DNA from: Kiloniellaceae bacterium
GTDB lineage: Bacteria; Pseudomonadota; Alphaproteobacteria; Kiloniellales; J153
Assembly (NCBI GenBank): GCA_021776115.1
Contig: JAJFGN010000057.1
Span: 523-64,522 of the forward strand
DNA: 64,000 nucleotides
Direction: 5' to 3'
Part shown: positions 27,392 through 36,782 of the stretch, one piece after another
Position numbering within the stretch: position 1 is the stretch's first letter
Layout of the letters: each line of letters starts with the position of its first letter
Notes under the pieces: generated by a model
What the model was told of the DNA's origin: nothing
Seen by the model: only the letters and a program-made list of their open reading frames with translations
Databases searched by the model: none
Program-made: the position numbers and the translations under genes

Positions 27392-29488
27392 CTAAAAAAG
27401 CCCTTTGAGGAGCTTCTTTGGATCGGGGATCGCGCCGCCATCTTCCTGCGACCCCTGTTCGTCTCCCTCGGCCGGCGGCTTGAGGATTCCCTTCAAGGCG
27501 CCGCCCAATCCGCCGGAGCCTTCCTTTAGCTGCTTGAGAGTGTCCTTGGCCCCTTCCAGGGCCGCGCCTGGATCTTTCACCAAGTCCGTGACGGCCCCGG
27601 CCAGGTCGGGCCGGTAGCTAAGGTCGTGCCAGGGTCCCTCGACGATGACCGGAACCACCAGACCCTTGGCGCCGGCATCGCCGCCCTGGCCTTCCAAGCT
27701 GGCCACCACCTTCGGCTCCAGCCGGTAATTCACGGTCCGCTTGGGTAAGTCCGACGTCCCCTGGCCGGAAAGCCGGACCAATGGGTTCAACATAACCAGG
27801 TCGTTGTTCTGAAGGATGCCCTTGGTAATCGTAAAGGTTCCCGACAACTCCGCGAAGTCTGTCTGTTCGGCCTTGTCCCCGCCCGAACTTAGAAAAGCCG
27901 ACTGCACATTGCGAGCCATGGCCGCCAGGTTGATTCCCTTGATCGCGCCGTTGACGAACTTGACCGCGCCCTTACCGTTGAGGGCATTGACCATCTCCTT
28001 CTGGCTGCGTCCCTTGGCAGTGACCGAGATATCCATGCGGCCGGTACCCGAGAGGCGGTCGAAGTCGGAGGCGTCGGTCAAAAACGGCTCGGCCTGAATA
28101 CCTTCCATCGCGAAGCTCTCAGCCACCGCCGGCACCGCACCGCGTGCATCCACGGTGACCTTACCCTTGCCGACGCCGCCGTAAAGATTGAGTTCGGACA
28201 GATCGAGGTTCAGCAGCCCATCCTTGAGGGCGACAACCAAGGCACTGCGGCCGACCTTGATCTTCTGGATCTCGATCGCGCCGACCGTCAGGGCGAAATC
28301 CACGTTGGCTGCCTTGAGGCCATCGAGGGCCAGAGGCTCATCGCTCCATTCGCCAGGCCCCGCTTGCTCGCCACCGGGCGCTGCCGCACCGGTGCTACCG
28401 GAGGCCGCCCCACTTGGGGCGGCTTGGCCGTCTTGCGCAGGCGGCATGTAGGTATTGAGGTCGATCTTATCGACATCCAGACGGCCCTTTAGGTAGGGCC
28501 GCTTGCCGCCGATATCCGCGGTCAGGTCGCCGGTCGCGTTCATCGCGTCGAGGCCGATACCGGCGTCGGTGAAGGCGAAGATCTTATCGGTCGCGTCGAT
28601 CTTGCCCTTGATCTTGAGCGGACCCAGGCCCTCGCCCGGCGCATCCAAAGGATTCCCGGTCCAGGACGCCAGGTTTCTGATCGAGGGCACATCCAGATCG
28701 ATCTCGCCGTTTACCTTCGGCGGTGTCCCGTTGGTCACGCTGCCGCGATATCCCAATTTCACCGGCTTGGAATCGAGCGACAGGCTGATCGGCGTCGTTT
28801 GCCCCGCTAGCAAACCTCGAAGACTTTCGGTCTCAACTTCCAGACTTAGCTTTTCGGCGTTCCAGACCAGCGACCCCTCGGCGCGCACCGCGCTATCCAG
28901 ATCGGGCAGCGAAAGCTTCATCTGGATGTCGGAGATTTCGATAGCCTCACCGCCGCGCGCATCCCGGAAAGTCACCAGACCGTCCACAAGCCGCACATCG
29001 CCCAAGCTAATTTCCGGCAGCGTAGGCGCCCCGCCGGACGGCGGTGCCGCCGTCTGCTCGCCAGTGGTCTGCGATGGCGAAGAAGCGCCGCCGTCCTTCG
29101 CGCCATCGAATTCCCAATTCGGCCGGCCGCTCTTATCTATTTCCAGATTAATTACCGGGCCAACGAGAACGAAGCTGTCGACCTTCACCTCACCGGCCAA
29201 CAGCGGCCAGATCTGCAGTTCAAGGATCAGCTCGTCCAAGGTCGCCATCTTCGGGGCCGTGGCCCCCGGCGCGTTGGCGAAAGCCACGTCCTCGGCCTGC
29301 AGTTCCAAGCGCGGCAGAACGTTAAACTTGATATCGCCGTTCAGGCTCAACTCTCGTCCGGTCGCCTCGCGCGCGGCTTGGACAATTTTGTCCTTATAGA
29401 CGTCCGCTGGAATTAGGAACGGCGCGACAACAGCCGCGACTAACAAAAGGACGACCAGGGCCGTCAAGGCGAGAAAAAGTTTTTTCAT
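27392..29488 (-). CDS. AsmA-family outer-membrane biogenesis protein
   Basis: 698 aa. N-terminal anchor MKKLFLALTALVVLLLVAAVV, followed by AsmA-like N- and C-terminal regions. Confidence 0.8.
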   Translation of the reverse strand: MKKLFLALTALVVLLLVAAVVAPFLIPADVYKDKIVQAAREATGRELSLNGDIKFNVLPRLELQAEDVAFANAPGATAPKMATLDELILELQIWPLLAGEVKVDSFVLVGPVINLEIDKSGRPNWEFDGAKDGGASSPSQTTGEQTAAPPSGGAPTLPEISLGDVRLVDGLVTFRDARGGEAIEISDIQMKLSLPDLDSAVRAEGSLVWNAEKLSLEVETESLRGLLAGQTTPISLSLDSKPVKLGYRGSVTNGTPPKVNGEIDLDVPSIRNLASWTGNPLDAPGEGLGPLKIKGKIDATDKIFAFTDAGIGLDAMNATGDLTADIGGKRPYLKGRLDVDKIDLNTYMPPAQDGQAAPSGAASGSTGAAAPGGEQAGPGEWSDEPLALDGLKAANVDFALTVGAIEIQKIKVGRSALVVALKDGLLNLDLSELNLYGGVGKGKVTVDARGAVPAVAESFAMEGIQAEPFLTDASDFDRLSGTGRMDISVTAKGRSQKEMVNALNGKGAVKFVNGAIKGINLAAMARNVQSAFLSSGGDKAEQTDFAELSGTFTITKGILQNNDLVMLNPLVRLSGQGTSDLPKRTVNYRLEPKVVASLEGQGGDAGAKGLVVPVIVEGPWHDLSYRPDLAGAVTDLVKDPGAALEGAKDTLKQLKEGSGGLGGALKGILKPPAEGDEQGSQEDGGAIPDPKKLLKGLF

Positions 29489-30078
29489 CGCAATGCCTCA
29501 CAAAGTAGCCTTACCGGACACGAGCTTGGTGATTCCTAGAGCGAACAACTGCCGACGGATAAAGACTGCAAGCCTTTCCGCGTGCGCACAATAGGTGGCT
29601 TTCCAATCTCTCCTCGAGACTGGCTTCACCCAGAGATTTATATGCAGTCCCCTCTGTCCCGGCACCCAAACGCCCGGGCCGACTTTTGCTACCACAGTCA
29701 CGAGCGTACTCGTGAACTTCCCCAGGATAGCAAAAAAACGCGCGCACCTGTACTACAGTGCACCCTAATTCGGCCAAACATATGCGCCTAGCGTGCCGCA
29801 CATTCAAGGGCTCGCACCAATTTCTATGTCCAGGCCGGGTCGGGAATCTCACGGCCGGTTTGCGGGACTCCCGTCCCAAATTCGTGTAAGTCCATGGATT
29901 CTCTCCAGACATCGCCGCCGCGCGCACCGGCTTTTCCCGCCCAAATAGCCGCTGGCTAACCCTGACCGGCCTATCCCCCCTTGTCCAATCGGGCGCGACT
30001 CTGCCATGATTCGTCCAGCGGTATCGTTTGGGCACTCCAAAGTCTACTGTCAGGGTCACATTCGGGGGTGGCAAAACT

Positions 30079-30717
30079 ATGGCAAAGCCAATTCTTTATG
30101 GACCGCAGTTTAGTACCTACGTCCGCGCCGTGCGTTTGGTGCTGGCGGAAAAGGACGTCGCCTACGATTTGCACGATGTCGATATGATAGCGGGTGCCCA
30201 TAAGGAACCGGCGCACCTGGCCCGCCACCCCTTTGGGAAGATACCGGCCTTCGAGCACGAGGGCTTCCTGCTTTACGAAACCTGCGCGATTACCCGCTAC
30301 ATCGACGAGGCGTTTCAGGGCCCACGACTGCAAGCCGGCGACCCGCGCGGGCGGGCCCGCATGGTCCAATACATGAGCGTCATCGACTCCTACGCCTATC
30401 GGCCAATGGTCCAAAAAATCGTGATCCCACGCTTCATGGCCGCGCGCACCGGCAAGAAAGCGGACGAAGCGGCAATCGAAGCGGCCGTTCCAGCGGCTAG
30501 TGAGGCGCTCGCGGCGATGGAAGCGCTTTTCGTGGGCGAGTTCTTGGCCGGCAAGGCCTTGTCCTTGGCCGACCTGCACTTCGCCCCGATATGCGATTAT
30601 TTCCGGCAGACACCGGAGGGTGAAAGCCTACTCAGCAGCACGCCGAAACTCAGCCGCTGGTGGTCGACCATGATCCGGCGCCCAAGCCTAGAGGCAACCG
30701 CGCCATCGTTCGGCTGA
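30079..30717 (+). CDS. Glutathione S-transferase
   Basis: The thioredoxin-like N-domain (HPFGKIPAFEHEGFLLYETCAITRYI) and helical C-domain are typical of GSTs. Confidence 0.8.
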   Translation: MAKPILYGPQFSTYVRAVRLVLAEKDVAYDLHDVDMIAGAHKEPAHLARHPFGKIPAFEHEGFLLYETCAITRYIDEAFQGPRLQAGDPRGRARMVQYMSVIDSYAYRPMVQKIVIPRFMAARTGKKADEAAIEAAVPAASEALAAMEALFVGEFLAGKALSLADLHFAPICDYFRQTPEGESLLSSTPKLSRWWSTMIRRPSLEATAPSFG

Positions 30718-32402
30718 TGCCGCGCGGGCTTAAGATCATGGGGGGACGCGGCCCGATCGCGGGCTTGTTCCTGGCGCTAATTCTCGCGCTTCCAAGCACC
30801 GGCGCACCGCGCGCCGGCGAGCTGACCATCGGCATGACGCAGTTCCCCTCGACCCTGAATCCCATGATCGATTCGATGCTGGCGAAGTCCTACGTCCTGG
30901 CCATGACCCAGCGCCCGATCACCGCCTACAACCAGGAATGGGCGCTGGTGTGCATGTTGTGCACCGAGTTGCCGACTTTGGAAAACGGTTTGGCGGTTCT
31001 GGAGAAAACGGCGGACGGTAAGGACGGCATCGCGGTCACCTATACGATCCAGCCTAACGCCACCTGGGGCGACGGAACCCCGGTCACCAGCGCGGACGCT
31101 GTCTTCACCTGGGAAGTCGGGCGCCATCCGCAATCGGGCGTCAGTGACTTCGAAGCTTTCCGGCGCATCCTCAAAGTGGATGTGATCGACGACAAGACTT
31201 TTATCATGCACGTCGACCGCGTCACCTTCGATTACAACTCGGCTAGCCTGAGCTTACTCCCCGCCCATATCGAACGGCCGATTTTCGAGGCCGACCCGGC
31301 GACCTACCGCAATCGCACCGCCTTCGATTCGGATCCGGCGAATCCTGGCTTGGCCTTCGGACCTTATCGCATTTCGGAGGTCGTCTCCGGCGCACGCATC
31401 GTTCTGGTGCGCAATGACTCCTGGTGGGGACAAAAGCCCGCCTTCGACAAGATCACGGTGCGCGTGATCGAGAATACCGCGGCGCTGGAGGCAAATTTAT
31501 TATCCGGCGCGCTAGACATGGTGGCCGGCGAGTTGGGCCTGACGCTCGACCAAGCGATCGCCTTCGAGAAACGCCATGGCGAGCGCTTCAATATCATCTA
31601 CAAGCCGGGGCTGATCTACGAGCATTTGGACCTTATGCTCGACAACCCGATCCTGGCCGACATACGAGTCCGCAAGGCGCTGATCCTTGCCCTGGATCGC
31701 ACCGCGATTTCAGAACGCTTGTTCGCCGGGCGGCAACCCGTCGCGGATGGCTCAGTCAGCCCTCTTGACTGGATCCACGACCCCGATATCCCGAAATACC
31801 CTTACGATCCGGTGCGCGCGAAAGCCCTGCTCGACGCGGCCGGTTGGTCGGTCCTCAAGAAAGGCATCCGCCACAACGCGGCGGGCGAGCGCCTGACGAT
31901 CGAGCTTATGACCACGGCCGGCAACCGCAGCCGCGAGTTGGTCGAGCAGGTCCTGCAAAGCCAATGGAAACAGGTCGGCATCGACGCGCGCATTCGCAAC
32001 GAACCGGCGCGGGTGTTCTTCGGCGAGACCGTCAGCAAGCGCAAGTTTACCGGCGCGGCCATGTTCGCCTGGCTTTCGGCGCCGGAGAACGTGCCGCGCA
32101 CGACTCTGCACTCCGAGCAGATTCCCAGCGAAGAAAACGCCTGGGGCGGCCAGAACTACACCGGCTTCGCGAACCCGGAAATGGACGCGCTGATCGACGC
32201 CATCGAGGTCGAACTCGACCGCCCCAAGCGCAAGGCAATGTGGTCGCGCCTGCAGCGGCTTTATGTCGAGGAGCTACCGGTCATTCCGCTCTACTGGCGC
32301 GCCGAGGCTTACGTCCTGCCCAAATGGCTCAGCGGCGTCCGCCCGACCGGCCACCAGCTCACCACCACCCTCTGGGTCGAGGAATGGCGAGACGGGCGCT
32401 AG
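30717..32402 (+). CDS. ABC transporter substrate-binding protein, family 5 (peptide/nickel, DppA/OppA-like)
   Basis: Signal peptide, then ELTIGMTQFPSTLNP. About 560 aa. Its ATG overlaps the GST stop codon (TGATG). Confidence 0.8.
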   Translation: MPRGLKIMGGRGPIAGLFLALILALPSTGAPRAGELTIGMTQFPSTLNPMIDSMLAKSYVLAMTQRPITAYNQEWALVCMLCTELPTLENGLAVLEKTADGKDGIAVTYTIQPNATWGDGTPVTSADAVFTWEVGRHPQSGVSDFEAFRRILKVDVIDDKTFIMHVDRVTFDYNSASLSLLPAHIERPIFEADPATYRNRTAFDSDPANPGLAFGPYRISEVVSGARIVLVRNDSWWGQKPAFDKITVRVIENTAALEANLLSGALDMVAGELGLTLDQAIAFEKRHGERFNIIYKPGLIYEHLDLMLDNPILADIRVRKALILALDRTAISERLFAGRQPVADGSVSPLDWIHDPDIPKYPYDPVRAKALLDAAGWSVLKKGIRHNAAGERLTIELMTTAGNRSRELVEQVLQSQWKQVGIDARIRNEPARVFFGETVSKRKFTGAAMFAWLSAPENVPRTTLHSEQIPSEENAWGGQNYTGFANPEMDALIDAIEVELDRPKRKAMWSRLQRLYVEELPVIPLYWRAEAYVLPKWLSGVRPTGHQLTTTLWVEEWRDGR

Positions 32403-32460
32403 AGACCGCGCGACCGCATGCTCATCTTATCTTGTGCCTGCCCGGAGCGCGGGAACCGTC

Positions 32461-33387
32461 CTATCCTCCGGGCCTTAGTTCGCGCAATATCTCTCGCGCG
32501 ATCGGCTCAGCTTCGGACCAAGTCATCCCAGGCTTCATTCTCGGATCGTAAAGCATGCGCACCGAAATCTGATCGCTCTCGGTTAGATCCACATACGAAC
32601 TGTTGTCGTTAAATATCGAGGGATCAATGTCATCAGCGTCATTTGGAAGACCCAATGCTTGTGTCAATTCTTCAATAATGCATTGATAAACAATTTCATC
32701 ACTTCTATTGATTGGTATCATTACAAGACCTATAATTAGTCGATTTGGATTTTCTTTTTTTGCACTAGACACGGCAAAGCAAAGGGTTGTCACTCCATAC
32801 TCATTTCCCCCATTCATAGATTTTTCTATAGCCGCGTCGTCGTTGTAAAATTTGAGAAACAAGCTCCGATATTGTCCAAGCGCGTCTCCAAGAAAATCAT
32901 CTGAGAGCATTACAGCTATACTGACCTTCCCCCCTGGCACCCTCTTGATAGCAAGTCCAGTTAGCCTTTCCAGGTCGGATAAGTGTGCATCAACCCAGGG
33001 GATGTATTTCTCCCAGTTCTTACCCGCAAGGCCGACGCGAATAGGCTTCATCCATTTCGACAATCGCCATTCAAAGTCTAAGTCAGTTCCATCGCGCGCG
33101 ACGTAGCCGCCTTGGCCTTCATTTTCTACTCTGAAAGCGGCAGCTTCAAAATTTTTGAGAATTTGTTCGTTCGTCAGTTCTTCATCCCTTAGATCGGAAG
33201 GGAAACAAGAACCGACGACCAAGCCACAAACCAATAGGAGCTGCTTGAGCCCAATTGGACTAAGGTTTTTGAAGTGTTGAATTAAAAACAAAAGCCTTCC
33301 CCACGACACTGTATTCAGATTAATTCCAACTGCTTTCATCTGCAGAATTAGGAGTTCTGGTTCCGTCGAAATACGCTTACGCGGCAT
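32461..33387 (-). CDS. AT-rich hypothetical lipoprotein, DUF2927-like
   Basis: Possible lipobox LVVGSC. The motif CIIEELTQALGLPNDADDIDPSIFNDNS...LYDPRMKPGMT resembles DUF2927 (from memory). It is antisense to the flanking ABC genes. Confidence 0.5.
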   Translation of the reverse strand: MPRKRISTEPELLILQMKAVGINLNTVSWGRLLFLIQHFKNLSPIGLKQLLLVCGLVVGSCFPSDLRDEELTNEQILKNFEAAAFRVENEGQGGYVARDGTDLDFEWRLSKWMKPIRVGLAGKNWEKYIPWVDAHLSDLERLTGLAIKRVPGGKVSIAVMLSDDFLGDALGQYRSLFLKFYNDDAAIEKSMNGGNEYGVTTLCFAVSSAKKENPNRLIIGLVMIPINRSDEIVYQCIIEELTQALGLPNDADDIDPSIFNDNSSYVDLTESDQISVRMLYDPRMKPGMTWSEAEPIAREILRELRPGG

Positions 33388-33566
33388 TTATTTGATCGGG
33401 CCAGCGGCTGTATGACGATCTAAGTTAGCAAAATCCTATCGAAACCAAGCTGACAAGGAAACTGCGGCAAGACCGAGGTCGCGGTCTCGTTTCCCTTGCC
33501 GGGCGCCGAACCCGACCCGCTCGGGAAACTAGCCTCGACACCGCACAATCTGTTATCTGGCAGGTC

Positions 33567-34517
33567 ATGCTCCGCTACATTGCCCAGCGCCTGACTGAAT
33601 CGGCCGTCGTCCTTTTGATCATGTCGTTTGTGATCTATGGCCTGATCGGGCTGATGCCGGGCGATCCGATCGATATCATGGTCAGCGCAGACCCCAACCT
33701 GACAGCGGCGGACGCGGCGCGTTTGCGCGCGCTTTACGGTCTCGACCGGCCGATTTGGGAGCGCTACCTGAGCTGGCTCGGCGCGGCTTTACAGGGCGAC
33801 TTCGGGTATTCGCGTCTCCACGCAAAGCCGGTACTCGACATCCTATGGCCACGTCTTGGAAACACCGTGATCCTGATGGGGGTCAGCTTCGCGCTCGCCT
33901 TCGCGCTCGCTCTGCCGGCCGGACTGCTGGCCGCGCTCAAGCCCCGCTCGGCGAGCGACGCCGCCGTCAATGTGATCGCCTTCGCCGGCATTTCGGTTCC
34001 GCCTTTTTGGCTCGCGATCCTGCTCATCATCGTATTCGCGGTGTTCCTCGGCTGGTTGCCGGCCGGCGGCATGGCGCCGGCCGGCGCCGGGTTTCTCTCT
34101 CACGCCGAGTATCTAGTCCTTCCGGTCGCGACCCTGAGCATCGCGACGCTGGGCGGCATCCTGCGCTTCGTGCGCGCGGCGACCATGGAGGCCTTGCGGC
34201 AGGACTACGTGCGCACCGCGCGCGCCAAAGGCCTGAGCGAGCGGCAAGTCGTGCTCGGCCACGTGCTGCGCAACGCCATGATCCCTGTGGTCACGATCCT
34301 GGCGCTCAATTTCGGGGCGTTGTTCTCCGGCGCGTTGATCACCGAGACCATGTTCGGCACCCTGGGTATGGGCAAGACCATCTACGACGCCATCCTGGGC
34401 AACGATTTCAACCTGGCGCTGGTCGGCCTGCTGCTGGCCACGCTGACCACGCTGCTCGCCAACCTCTTGGCCGACCTGTGCTACGCCTGGCTCGACCCGA
34501 GGATTTCCTATGGCTGA
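33567..34517 (+). CDS. ABC transporter permease (DppB/OppB-like)
   Basis: 316 aa with six TM helices. Contains the EAA-type loop YVRTARAKGLSERQVVLGHVLRNA. Confidence 0.85.
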   Translation: MLRYIAQRLTESAVVLLIMSFVIYGLIGLMPGDPIDIMVSADPNLTAADAARLRALYGLDRPIWERYLSWLGAALQGDFGYSRLHAKPVLDILWPRLGNTVILMGVSFALAFALALPAGLLAALKPRSASDAAVNVIAFAGISVPPFWLAILLIIVFAVFLGWLPAGGMAPAGAGFLSHAEYLVLPVATLSIATLGGILRFVRAATMEALRQDYVRTARAKGLSERQVVLGHVLRNAMIPVVTILALNFGALFSGALITETMFGTLGMGKTIYDAILGNDFNLALVGLLLATLTTLLANLLADLCYAWLDPRISYG

Positions 34518-34562
34518 GCCCGGACCCGGTACCTTCGTCGCCAAGGCGGATTCTAAATTCTT

Positions 34563-34704
34563 CCTCTCCCCCCGCACGCGGGGGGAGAGGATCGAGGTGA
34601 GGGGGGTGGCGCCGCATCTCCTAACTATCCGGCATCCGTTCGGCGGATGGCCCACCCCCTCACCCCGGCCCTCTCCCCCTCCCGGGTTCGGGATGGGGAG
34701 AGGG
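34563..34704. repeat. Composite palindromic element: reverse unit, 42-nt core, forward unit
   Basis: 11-bp hairpin at 34563-34590 and GTGAGGGGGG at 34598-34606. CCACCCCCTCAC lies at 34652-34663, followed by a 15-bp hairpin at 34669-34704. The element sits between the two permease genes. Confidence 0.8.
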
Positions 34705-34751
34705 GGAAAAGGCGGGCACACCCGACGAGCCCTCAAGCGGCCGGGGCGCCC

Positions 34752-35702
34752 ATGAGCGCGCAGAAAACCCCCACTCTCGCCGCCGAGGTAGCCTTTGCCG
34801 CCGGACCGTCGCGCTCGCCCGCCGCGATCCTGTGGCGGCGGTTTCTGGAGCATCGTCTGGCCTTGGGCAGCCTTTCGGTCCTGGTCCTCCTGTCCGCCGC
34901 CGCCCTGGCCGCGCCGGTCGTTGAAGCCGCCCTGGGTCTGGATGCCAACCTGGTCGACCTCTTCATGACCAAGCAGCCGCCCTCGCCCGAGCATCCCCTG
35001 GGCACCGACGCACTTGGCCGGGACCTGCTGCTGCGCCTGCTTTACGGCGGCCGCGTCTCGCTCTTGGTCGGGCTGGTCGCGGCGCTCGGCGCGGCCGTGA
35101 TAGGCACCGCGGTCGGGCTTTGGGCCGGATACTTCGGCGGCGCGGCGGACGCCCTGCTCATGCGCTTGACCGACGGCGTTATCGCCCTGCCGCTCCTGCC
35201 GTTGCTGATTGTGCTCGCCGCCATCGATCTCACCAAGCTGGGGGTGCCGGAAGCGCTCGCGACCTCGCAGGACATCAGCCTCTACCGTATCGTGATCCTG
35301 ATCGCGCTGGTCGGATGGACCACGGTCGCGCGCCTGGTGCGCGGAGCAACGCTGTCCATGAAGACGCGCGAGTTCGTGCGCGCCGCCCGCGCGCTGGGCG
35401 CCGGACACACGCGCATCGTCCTGGTCCACATCCTGCCCAACGTGGTCTCGCCGATCATCGTCGCGACCACGCTATCCATCGGCAACATCATCCTTTTGGA
35501 ATCGGTGCTGAGCTTCCTCGGCCTCGGCATCCAGCCACCCATCGCGTCTTGGGGCAACATGCTGACCAACGCGCAGGAGTTGATCTGGGATGCCCCCGCG
35601 CTGGCGATCTATCCCGGCCTGCTGATTTTCGCCACCGTCATCGCCTTCAACTTCCTAGGCGACGGCCTGCAAGACGCCCTCGACCCTCGCGCGGTCGAGT
35701 AG
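34752..35702 (+). CDS. ABC transporter permease (DppC/OppC-like)
   Basis: Contains HPLGTDALGRDLL and the EAA loop FVRAARALGAGHTRIVLVHILPN. The ATG at 34752 lies just after the repeat element. Confidence 0.85.
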   Translation: MSAQKTPTLAAEVAFAAGPSRSPAAILWRRFLEHRLALGSLSVLVLLSAAALAAPVVEAALGLDANLVDLFMTKQPPSPEHPLGTDALGRDLLLRLLYGGRVSLLVGLVAALGAAVIGTAVGLWAGYFGGAADALLMRLTDGVIALPLLPLLIVLAAIDLTKLGVPEALATSQDISLYRIVILIALVGWTTVARLVRGATLSMKTREFVRAARALGAGHTRIVLVHILPNVVSPIIVATTLSIGNIILLESVLSFLGLGIQPPIASWGNMLTNAQELIWDAPALAIYPGLLIFATVIAFNFLGDGLQDALDPRAVE

Positions 35703-35804
35703 CCCTGTCTCCCGCGCCGCCCTGCCTTGCGGTCTTCGCGGGTAGCGGCCAAGTCCGGACCCGATTAGGCTAGACGTGACTGCGTTAGTCCCCGGGGTGA
35801 ATCC

Positions 35805-36782
35805 ATGACCGCGCCTTCCAGCGAAACCAGCGCCGGCGTCTTGCCGGCGGCCGAGGCGGCGCGCGCGGCGGCGCGGCAGATCGACCAGGCGGGCGACGTG
35901 GGCCGCGGCATCGCCTACATGGTGATCGCGGTCGGGCTGTTCACGATCATGGACGCCTTGGTCAAGTGGCTGGGCGCGACCTATCCGACCATGCAGATCG
36001 TGTTTTTCCGCAGCGTCTTCGCCTTCGTGCCGCTCGCCATCTTCGTCATGCGAACCGGATCGCTCGCGTCACTCGGCACCAGACGGCCACTCGGTCACGT
36101 CTTGCGCTCCTTCATCGGTCTCGCGGCCTTGAGCAGCTTCTTCTATGCCTACGCCCATATGCCGCTGGCCAATGTGGTCGCGATCGGCTTCGCCGCGCCG
36201 TTGTTCATCACGGCGTTGTCGGTGCCGCTTCTAGGCGAGGCGGTGGGCCCGCGCCGTTGGGGCGCGGTGGCGGTCGGGTTCGTCGGCGTGATCATCATGG
36301 TACGTCCCGACACCGGGCTGTTCGATCGCGTTGCGCTGATCGCGCTGGCCGGCAGCGTGTTCTACGCCCTGGCCATGATCTTCGTGCGCAAGCTCTCCAA
36401 GACCGAGACCAGCGCCGCCATCGTGTTTTACTACTCGCTGGCCTCGAGCCTGGTCGCGGGGGCCTTCATGCCGGTCCAATGGGTGACGCCGCGCGCCGAG
36501 GATTGGGCGCTCCTGATTCTGGTCGGGCTGGTCGGCGGCGTGGCGCAGATATTCATGACCAACGCCTTCCGCAATGCGCCGGTCGCCGTGATCGCCCCCT
36601 TCGACTATACGACCATGATCTGGGCGGCCATGCTGGGCTTCTTTGTCTGGGGCGACATACCCGGCGCCAATGTTTGGGTCGGCGTCGCCATCGTCGCCGG
36701 CAGCGGCATCTACATCGTGCGGCGCGAGGCCCAGTTGGGCGTGCGCCGTGGCGTCGCCCGGCCACACATGACCAAGCGCTAA
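35805..36782 (+). CDS. DMT-superfamily transporter (two EamA domains)
   Basis: Ten TM helices with a duplicated EamA-like architecture. Confidence 0.75.
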   Translation: MTAPSSETSAGVLPAAEAARAAARQIDQAGDVGRGIAYMVIAVGLFTIMDALVKWLGATYPTMQIVFFRSVFAFVPLAIFVMRTGSLASLGTRRPLGHVLRSFIGLAALSSFFYAYAHMPLANVVAIGFAAPLFITALSVPLLGEAVGPRRWGAVAVGFVGVIIMVRPDTGLFDRVALIALAGSVFYALAMIFVRKLSKTETSAAIVFYYSLASSLVAGAFMPVQWVTPRAEDWALLILVGLVGGVAQIFMTNAFRNAPVAVIAPFDYTTMIWAAMLGFFVWGDIPGANVWVGVAIVAGSGIYIVRREAQLGVRRGVARPHMTKR

